DNA of 57,737 nt, the filler included, from Dugesia japonica (lineage: Eukaryota): assembly GCA_001938525.1 (NCBI GenBank). It is 5 parts of 5 records of this genome, joined end to end, with 100 filler letters (N's around TTAATTAATTAA, not from the genome) between each part and the next. Parts side by side here need not be neighbours in the genome. Positions count along the whole stretch, not along the records: positions 41,089 to 57,737 come from MQRL01610953.1; 4 more parts are not named here. One strand, given 5' to 3'. Position numbers and translations under genes: made by a program. The notes beneath the pieces are model-generated. The model was given only the letters and a program-made list of their open reading frames with translations, had not been told where the DNA came from and did not search any database. Shown in pieces: positions 48,015-57,737 of the stretch (position 1 is its first letter; each line of letters begins with the position of its first letter).

Positions 48015-51000
48015 TTAAGGATTAGATTTCCTAATCCAAGCACAGACAGCTCTTTTGACTAAACTGATTAAAATGGTCAGGTTTTGGCCTCCCACATGAT
48101 ATAACTCATCGTGTATAAAATCTATAAGGTCAGGTATTGATTTTTCCTCCAGTACAATTCTTTTCTTGCCTCCTTCATTGTTAATCAGTATCTCATCATN
48201 CAACTCAAACTTTTCCAGTTTGGAAAAATATTTACTTTTGGTCACCATTGTGCTCATCTTATTATTTATCATTCCACTTTCAATATATTCAATGATTTCT
48301 CTTGTTATTGGATCATTTCTCTGTACTTCTCTAATATGGTTCTATCAAATTTTGTTTTATCTAAAGTGTTGCTTCTTTCAACGCGAGATCATTCCCCTTT
48401 AGCATCTTGATGTATAGTCTAACATTGCAAACAAAGACTCTCTCCTATCATTGAAAGTCAATAAGCATTTCCANGAGCTGCTTCTTTTCGGAATTCTAGT
48501 TCAAAATTAAATTCTGCTAGATTTGTTATCCATGTTTGAAACTGAGAACTAATGGGTTTACTAGTCTTCGTCATAAAAATCAATGCTTTATGATCTTGAT
48601 GATCTTGTGATCTTGCTCTAAATTTCTTGTCCTACAAATAGTGTTTAAAATACATCATAAACTCATACAGAGCTAACAATTACTTGCGAATAATGCAATA
48701 TCCTTTTTCGTGATTGTTTAAAGTTCGAGAACGATATGCTATGACCTGCTCCAATCCATTATCCATTATTTGACTCAAAACCCCTCCAAATGCTCCAAAA
48801 CTAGCATCAGTATCTAATATTATTTCGCCCCTATTATTTAGGAAAGTCAGAATGGGAGCGCTAAACAATTTTATCTTCAAAGATTGAAAGCTATCCTCAC
48901 ATTCTTTTGTTCATTCAAAGTTCTTTTCTTGTCCTGCCATCGCTGCATACAATGGTGCTACAAGTATAGCATAATCTTTTATAAAACGTATGTAATAATT
49001 TGTTAATCATAAGAACGCTCATATTTGCTTGACGCATTTTGGCATTACGGCTTCTCGAATTTTTTTGATGATTTCATCATTTGTCTCTACACCTAATTGT
49101 ATGTCCTAAAAATTTCAGCATCTTGGAATTGAACACACATTTACTTGGATTTATTTTTAAATCCGCATCTTTTAGTAGCTNAAAAACTTTACCAACTCGA
49201 TTGTCGTGCTCCTCTTTAGTTTTAGAATATTTTAAAATATCATCTAGATATACTATTACTCCTTTGTACAACATTCCTTCAAATATTTTATGCATCAAGT
49301 TTTGAAATGTTGCTGGTGCAGTACATAATTCAAAGGGCATTCGATTAAAACAAAACTGACCATCTTTGTGCTAAAGGCCGACTTTAGTTTTGATTCTTTA
49401 CTTAGTTCAATTTGATAATATGCTTGTCCTTAATCTTAAAAAGAAAATAAAACTTATCCTTCAAGCATATCTAATAATAGTATAATATCTAGAACTTGAA
49501 ACGAATACTTATCTGTAATTGAATTCACTTTCTACAATCAAGAGGCATTCTTATCGTCCCATCTTACTTTGTTACAATTACCAATAGGGAATTCCATGGT
49601 CGTCTGCAACTTCTTAAATTTTTTTGTTTTCCTGGAGGTTCTGTCGTTTCAATGCGATTTTGCACCAGTTTTGTAAATCAAAGATCAAATTTTGATGACA
49701 TAAATATATCTTTGTAAGTTTCTATCTTTTTTCTTACTTCTTGACTGACAGTATTTGAAGTATTAAAGTCATTTTTTACTTTTTCTGTATAAATAGATTT
49801 CCATCGTTTGAGTTAATAAAATCCACTTCAGTTATTTTCATTCCGAAGAACTTCATCATATCAATACCTCTGATAAATTTTGGACAAATATTTCTAACAA
49901 TTAATATTTCTTTCTCTCTTAGCTTCCCATTCCAATTTAATTTCAGTTTAGTTTTCTCGATACATTTTTCTCCTTTTTCAGAAAACACTCTTACTTGAAC
50001 AATGTGTAACGACGATAGATCAAGTGATCCAATTCTTCTTTACACAACCGCACTCATGTCTGATATTGCTGCCACTGAATATAACAACATCTCAATATCA
50101 TATCCATTGCAACGCATTTAATTCCATTTTCTTCCATCTCTCTTCTGAAATATCTTATCATCGAACATCAGTTTTTCATCTCTGAGTATTTTCTCTGTTA
50201 ATGCAAACTCACTGAGGAGGTGGATGCAGTGGGTTGCTGATAGTTTTTTATCATCATCGTCTAAAGAAACATCGTGTATGTTAGGTAAATCTTCAATTGG
50301 TAATTCATTTTGCAAATCACTACTAATATTTTGAGACACCATTTATTTTACTACTACAACCTATGTTTCATAATATAAATAATATTGAAATACAAGCATT
50401 TCAATATTAATATTTATATAACTCAATTTCTATTGGGTGAAATTATTAATTAATAATTATTTCTTCATAGTGTATATATTAAATTATTTCACCACTATAA
50501 GATAACATATCATCTCCTTCTGCATAATATCTACGGAAATGTAGAATTTCTTATTCAAATTAATGGACAATCTCGAAAATTATGACCTTCTTTTCCACAT
50601 ATTAAAATTTGTCTTTTAATGGACAATCGACTCTTCTATGTCTTGCTAAAACGTCTTTACGCGAAGAATTCTTTCATTTGGCTTTACAATAAAGCTTATT
50701 GGCTATACACTTCATCGAGTATCGAGGAAAACTATTATTTTGGGCCCGTTTTTAGGTCTGAATTTGATTTGCACAATACTGATTCTCTGTGAAAACAATT
50801 GGTCAACTTCTTGTACTTGGATCGTTTTTAATATTCATTCGTGGATAAGTTTTTGAAAACTTTGACTGATACTCATCTTTCTTCACTGTATCTGCATAGC
50901 TGTTTTTTTACCACATTAACAGAACATGCTGGTATCAATTTATTCAAATTATTAGCTAATTTTCGTCTTTGAATATCAGTAAGTTCTGGTTGAAGAACAA

Positions 51001-51500
51001 AAGATTCTTTTAATTTTTCGCTTCTTAAACCATTAATTACAAATATGGTTGCAATTTCATCTAGAGTTTTTTTACTAGCAAAAACTTCATTTACTATTTT
51101 TCTTACTCTTACCTCCAAATTACAATATTTTTCAGTTGGGTTTTGTTTGATCTTCGACAAAAAAGTTTTTTTATCCACTAATGTCTCTGAAATCACAAAT
51201 GATTCATGAAACCATTTTTCGCAGACCTCGTTCGTCAAAATTACATCTTCTTTGCATTTTTTTACCCATAATTCTTTCGCATCTCGTCTCATTAACATAT
51301 CAAACGCGAATGATAGCTCCATTTGATTAAACGCAGCAAATTCTTTGGTAGTTTGAATCCATTCATCAGCCGCTTCAGATGAACATTCGAAAAAACTTGG
51401 TTTTGAGATAAGTAATTATTGTGTTGAAGATGGCAGCTTTGCAAAATTTTTTTGGCGATAATCTTTTTCTGTTTTTGTCAGTACGCTTATTTTGTCGTGA
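48015..51500 (-). mobile_element. Decayed Ty3/gypsy gag-pol (gag, CCHC knuckle, protease, RT, RNase H, truncated integrase)
   Basis: CGKEGHNFRDC (~50600), MPFELCTAPATFQ, YLDDIL, LDTDAS..GGVLSQ, H-x4-H integrase N-terminus; many stops. Confidence 0.93.
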
Positions 51501-54306
51501 TCGTCAGTTAAGAGACTTGAACTTTCTATAATTATTTATTAAAACAAAAACTATTTATTAATAATGAATTATTTAAACAAATAATATTATTTAGTATTAA
51601 CAAATTTAAATCTTAATATTATTTAATAAATGATGTATAACTTATAATAAATTTAATTTTTTTCGTCTCTTTTAAAAAAAATTACTTTACAAACATTCCT
51701 CGCCTGTTAAATTTAAAACTAATTTTATAAATTTTATATATGAAAATTTATTTTACAAAAATAATTTACACTTACTTTTATAGAACATTTAAGCATCAAC
51801 CTTACCTTCAAATTACTATTAATATTGTTGGGGTGAAACGCCTGCTAAAGGAGAATGAACTAAAAAATTAACAGATAATAATGATCACCGGTAATGAAAA
51901 AATAAAGTTCGAAATCAATATTGGAAGGAAACGATGTAAAAATCAAAAATTGAATATGAGGAGCCAAGTAAAATGAAAGCTACTTATGGGTGAGAATTAA
52001 GAAAAAATTAATAAATTAATAAGAAACACCAAGAAAAGGTAGACTGAAAAATAATTAATTAACGAAGAAAATTAATTAATTTCAAAATAAAAAAGAAACA
52101 AAATTAACGGAAAATCTANNNNNNNNNNNNNNNNNNNNNNNNNNNNNNNNNNNNNNNNNNNNNNNNNNAGGAAGTCGGAAAGAGTCGGGATAAGAAAAAA
52201 TGAAGGAAGAACAATCCGGTGCAATTGAGATTACAAAAAAGAGAAACCTACTATCACCCGGAAGGGTACTGCAAGGTTTCCAAGATTAGACCAATCAGAT
52301 ACCTAAAAATAAAAATATAACATAGAACAAAAGCTCACCTGACACTCTAAAAATAACCACCAACAGAATCTCTGAAAAGTCTAAAAAATCCGAGAAAAAT
52401 GGCATCAACGCCAATGGAATCATGCTATTTTAAACTAAAAATAACCAGCAAATCCTGAACTGGTATAAAAGCAACCTCGGATTTTTAGAAAAACAAGGTT
52501 GAAAAATATCAATTTTGAGATCGCCAACCATTACTCTCTGAAATCAACAAATAGTAACTTGGAAAAGGAAATCACAACTAGAGCTTAATACTTGAACCAG
52601 AACGATCATTCAGATTATTAAAATTTATTTGTTAAGGTCGAAACCATTTCAGAATTGTTTAAACCAAATTATTAATAGAAAATTGAAAGTCGTAACTAGC
52701 CACAGTTCAAAGGATTATTTGACGATAAGAATTCTCCGTTCACGACAGGAATCAGCTCTCGTATCCGAAACTCACCCGTTACAGAAACCGTTTGATTAAT
52801 AATCTAAGTAAGAATATGTTCTATTCTATGGGTATAATTTTCTGTCAACAAATTAAAGAAAAATAAATACTTAGTGTAATTCAATAAATATATTAGTTTT
52901 GTTAACAGATTTTATTAATAAATCAAATAAATAATCATGTCATTATGTTTAGAAGATGGTTAGTTCAAGTTCAACTACAAATTAAAGAAAAATAAATGCT
53001 TAGTGTTATTCAATAAAAAATATTAGTTTTGCTAACAGATTTTATTAATAAATCTAATAAATAAATTAATCACGATATTATGTTAGAAAGTGTTTAGTTC
53101 AGGNNNNNNNNNNNNNNNNNNNNNNTATAATTTAAACTAAGTTTAATGCTAATTACAAAAAGAAACTGTGTGTGTTATTTCCTGCCTAGAGATTTGTAAC
53201 CAAGTTAAACATGCACTTGATTTCCAGCCAGTACTATGCCAGGCAAATTGATCTGTGGGATATTTCCATAATAACCCGATTGTCTAAGTACATACTATGT
53301 AATACTTTTATTATCCATTATTGACATGAATATGAGATCATAGGCCAAGCAATTGTAGTAGCCGTATAATCATGATGATGCATTGATATTGTACGCATCA
53401 CTAAAGGGATTGTCCAAGATTTTGTGCAGGTGTGTGTAGAAATCCCTTATTTTACCTGGTTAACAGATAAATTTAGCATAATTAATAGCTGCGATCATCT
53501 AGAATTGGAGATACTTATGTTTACACTGGGCACACACCTATTCACGAACTGAACTAAAAAGTGGGTTTGACGCACATACGACTTTCAGACACCACAACTA
53601 TAACATCAGAAGTAAAATCACTCACATCATCGTAACCTTGAGCCATCGCCATAACAACGAGTATGAGTACAATTCAAAATAAAATTTTTGAGTTAATAAA
53701 TAAGATAATGATGCGATTTAAATTCTTTAATCAATTGAAAATACTAAAAATATTATTAATCCTATTGCTTAATAAACTCAAATTCGTGCATTTAAATAAT
53801 ACCATAAGGGATTTCCAATATCTAAAGAAATAAACGTATAATCTGGATAATAATTGATTTTTTCGCCCTATCCATNTCATTCCGTGAACAACCCCACATG
53901 TAAAGTATTATTGATAAATTGCAAAGATAGTTGACATCAAGCTTGAAATAAATCTAAATAGTGTAATAGTATAAAATAAATGATATTGTTATTTTTCCAA
54001 ACGCGATCAACTACTCTTAAGTTTACTCCAAAATGTTTGTATTATTAGTCATAGAGAATGAGTTGCATAATAATGTCGGGACAGGAATTGTGGTTTCGAC
54101 AAATGAAGAGCTACTGTAACCCTACCAATCAATTTGCAGAAATATTGTTGGCCTTAATTTAAGTTAAAAGATCGGTCGTTGAGAGCGTCGAGTGCTAAAC
54201 ATAAATTTTGTTTTTGGAAAAAAAGGAGATACCGCTGAATTATGATATGTTGATTTTTTTTAATAAACTAAATGTAAATTTTAATTTGGATAGGTATTCC
54301 TGACAC

Positions 54307-54489
54307 ATGACCCGTCAGTTCTCCCAAATACTAAGATGGATACGGTTTGAAAGGCGTAAAGCACGGGGACGACAGTTGTTGATTCATTTATTATCCCACT
54401 GTGCCGTGGAACATCCCGACGAAACCGACCTTCGGTATTTCGCCGAGATGTTCCCACTCCCGACCAAAGTTGACCTAGACGAAGAATAA
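54307..54489 (+). CDS. 60-aa unknown ORF within LTR-like element B
   Basis: MTRQFSQILRWIRFERRKARGRQLL...VEHPDETDLRYFAEMFP...VDLDEE; same length and motifs as 36174-36356. Confidence 0.6.
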   Translation: MTRQFSQILRWIRFERRKARGRQLLIHLLSHCAVEHPDETDLRYFAEMFPLPTKVDLDEE

Positions 54490-54621
54490 TGATTCCCTCC
54501 ATCTATTTTGATTAACCATCATAAATGCATTGTATAATTTTTAATAAAAAACTGTTTTAAGTTTGATTAACATTTTTTTTTGGGCAACTATAATTTTATA
54601 TTTCTTTAATTATAGAGTCAT

Positions 54622-55026
54622 ATGGAATATAAATGAGAATTGCTATGGGATCGTCGCACGGGGCGAACCATTTTCAAACGTTATAGGAACCCACATGACC
54701 GAAATGCTGGTATCCTGGTAGATTATTCTAATTTACCTCCGGAAGAGGCAGATAATGAAAGGGAATGGGCAACTGCGAAGCGCCAAGCCTACTATGAATG
54801 GGTCGGCCCCGATCGTAACCAGGAAGTCTTGCACCGAGTCACCACCGTCNNNNNNNNNNNNNNNNNNNNNNNNNNNNNNNNNNNNNNNNNNNNNNNNNNN
54901 NNNNNNNNNNNNNNNNNNNNNNNNNNNNNNNNNNNNNNNNNNNNNNNNNNNNNNNNNNNNNNNNNNNNNNNNNNNNNNNNNNNNNNNNNNNNNNNNNNTG
55001 TAGAAAATACCGATCCCTCTCCTTGA
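54622..55026 (+). CDS. Second unknown ORF/exon of LTR-like element B (one in-frame TGA at an aligned Trp; gap)
   Basis: *ELLWDRRTGRTIFKRYRNPHDRNAG aligns with WERVIDRRTRRIIFRRHHSPHNQDAG (36023-35946, minus). Confidence 0.45.
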
Positions 55027-55074
55027 CTTATTATACGGCCATTGTTTTTCCTAATCCTGAATTAAATTATATGT

Positions 55075-56370
55075 TGTGTTGGGTATTCAACTCAACAAAG
55101 AAATATTTATGGTTCGATCGTTTATTTGTAACTGATTTTATTAGTTATTAATATATGTTGATACTGTGATACGTATATAAGAATATGTTATCGAAATTAT
55201 AAATAACTGATATAACGTATTTGCCTTATTCAATAAAATAAATCAACACCTTTTTTAAATTCTTTATTCGTGATCTTATACTTATAGGCAATAAGTTATA
55301 GAAGCTAAGACAAGCCCATTACAAAAATAGGTTATCTTAGTTCAAAGAATGTCTAAAATTTACAAATAAGCATCAGTATTTATACTGATTTNNNNNNNNN
55401 NNNNNNNNNNNNNNNNNNNNNNNNNNNNNNNNNNNNNNNNNCATCAGTATTTATACTGATTTCTAGACACATATACATCAATCATTTTTTATTTTTACAA
55501 CAAATTACTAATAAGGTTATTCATAAAATTATAATAAAATTTTCAGATTTATTTATTACTAAGAAAATATTTATAGAATTTAAAATTTTACATAACATTT
55601 ACAGTGATTATTTATTTAATTCTATTNNNNNNNNNNNNNNNNNNNNNNNNNNNNNNNNNNNNNNNNNNNNNNNNNNNNNNNNNNNNNNNNNNNNNNNNNN
55701 NNNNNNNNNNNNNNNNNNNNNNNNNNNNNNNNAGATAATCGATACACGGATAAACATAAAGCACTCAAATAATTCAATGTTATAAAATTAAAACACTATC
55801 AGATAATTCAATGTCATAGTTCGATTCGATCAGATAATGTCATAAACTTCGAGTATCACATCTTCTGCATCTTTTGATAGCTTCTTGGCTTGATCTTGAT
55901 CTTGATTCTTTTATGTATCTGCGGGCGTATATTTGCGTGTGTGTTTTATGTGTTTATGTGTGTTCTAGTAACTCAACAGTTGTTGTTACTTTGTCTTATA
56001 ATACAAAATTGCAACTTATGTTTAACTTTTCTCTTGTCAAAATAGGTTAAATTTAAATGTCTCTCTAAGATAAGTTAAGGGAAAACATTTATTTGGTTTT
56101 GGATACTTAAATTTCTGATTCTNNNNNNNNNNNNNNNNNNNNNNNNNNNNNNNNNNNNNNNNNNNNNNNNNNTATAAAATTAAAACACTATCAGATAATT
56201 CAATGTCATAGTTCGATTCGATCAGATAATGTCATAAACTTCGAGGGTCACATCTTCTGCATCTTTTGATAGCTTCTTGGCTTGATCTTGATCTTGATTC
56301 TTTTATGTATCTGCGTGCGTATATTTGCGTGTGTGTTTTATGTGTTTATGTGTGTTCTACTAACTCAACA
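55075..56370 (+). repeat. Second LTR-like repeat family (TGTTGGGTATT...ACTCAACA); related ends at ~10760-10797 and ~19080-19122 (minus)
   Basis: Shared TGTTGGGTATT..ACTCAACAAA motif in three places; TG...CA termini. Confidence 0.5.
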
Positions 56371-57737
56371 AAAGGAATATAAAAGTATTAAATATATTAA
56401 ACTTTATTTAAATTTCATATTTTGCTTAATAAGTGGGTAGAAATATTTAATAAGATAAACTAGTTAATATTACAGATTTTCTTTGTGTGAACTTTGGTAG
56501 ATTATTATATCTCATTATTAGTATATTTCATTTTATCCTAACATCTCATTCCGGGGTAATAATAGAAAATGAATTATGAACACTCACAAGTTTCTTTTTC
56601 ATAATTTAGACATAAACAGACACTTAATAGACATAACATTTATTTTGAATTGAAATCTATTACAAGTTATGCTAAAAGTTGTTTACTTCGAAGAAAAGTG
56701 ATTAAATTTAATGTAATTATTTAATTAAATTTATCAAAAATAAACATTTCAAAACAAACAAAATAATTTTCTACCAAACTTTTTGAACTGAAAAATGAAT
56801 AATAGGTTTAGACTTGACAACATAGAAAAATGCGGTCATTCATCGAGTTGCAAAAATTTTACAAAATTTCCTTTATTAGAGAACCGTAGTATTGTTTACC
56901 TTTATTTTATACTTGTCTATTAAAAATTCTCAAAACATTCTCAAAACAAATACATCACTGGAGCTTATCTAGTCTCTGAGAAATATTTTTTTGGGAAAAC
57001 AACACATAAAATCCAAACACATTCACGTACAATACAACATAATACTCAACAATCTGAAACAATGTACTCCTCAGTCAATCTAACGGCAAATGATTATCAT
57101 TCACCTCAAAGAAAATCAGATTAATTTGATCCTTTGACTTTATTTATTAAATTGAACTAGATATCCTATTTGATCTGACTTTTTATATTTAAAATCCATA
57201 TAAATTGTATAATAATTTTGCATTGTAATTCGATGTAAATAATTTTTATAATTGCTGAAATTTAATGTAAATAATTTTTTACATTGTAATATGTATAAAA
57301 AATTTATTATAAAGTTTATGATATCATCATTAATTCATATTTTCATACGTTGTAAGTTTTAAATGATGAAGANNNNNNNNNNNNNNNNNNNNNNNNNNNN
57401 NNNNNNNNNNNNNNNNNNNNNNNNNNNNNNNNNNNNNNNNNNNNNNNNNNNNNNNNNNNNNNNNNNNNNNNNNNNNNNNNNNNNNNNNNNNNNNNNNNNN
57501 NNNNNNNNNNNNNNNNNNNNNNNNNNNNNNNNNNNNNNNNNNNNNNNNNNNNNNNATAATTCTAAAATTACAAATGCAATTTCTATTGGTTTCTTACAAA
57601 GTGGCAAGCAAATAGATTTTCATCAAATTGCTTTAAACTTTTGAATGTTGGTTTTGATGTACTTTTAATAAATTGATCTTCTTTATTAACTAATTCAATA
57701 TTTTGTCTTTTCCTTATTGAAGATTATGGTAGTTGAA

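Larger units (their letters stand above)
51826..55030 (+). mobile_element. Long LTR-like element, copy B, carrying two small ORFs
   Basis: Begins TGTTGGGGTGAAAC; ACCAATCAGATACCTAAAAATAAAAAT shared with copy A; TATAAAAG at ~52464. Confidence 0.65.

Noticed and set aside
55780-56370. ~200-bp near-identical direct duplication (55780-55978 / 56173-56370)
   Set aside because: Starts at an N gap, so it may be an assembly overlap; similar overlaps occur at 6767/6834 and 55371/55442

Overview
Very AT-rich, repeat-dense animal DNA with 44-47 bp GT-AG introns. The repeat content is consistent with a free-living flatworm, but the taxon is an inference. The window is not contiguous: four N-flanked TTAATTAATTAA linkers (9845, 22783, 32610, 41033) join five independent scaffolds. 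Scaffold 1 (1-9800) is a gene-dense Maverick/Polinton (adintovirus-like) endogenous virus fragment. It encodes a minor capsid, an adenain protease, a fibre-like protein, a 2-TM protein, a packaging ATPase, the major capsid C-terminal half, and a zinc finger-phospholipase A2-integrase fusion ORF with putative protease cleavage sites. It also carries a recurring mini-hairpin-N8-GGACA motif and TGCA/CATG-centred palindromes. The other scaffolds hold host genes (an intronless 1294-aa pseudokinase, TPMT-like 3' exons, a divergent Cdc20-family 3' end, a full-length PSME3/PA28 with one N gap) among decayed transposons (NeSL/R5-like RLE retroelement, Ty3/gypsy, Penelope, mariner, pogo, Mutator-like). 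They also contain four minimal hammerhead-ribozyme motifs and two diverged copies of a long LTR-like element with two conserved unknown small ORFs.
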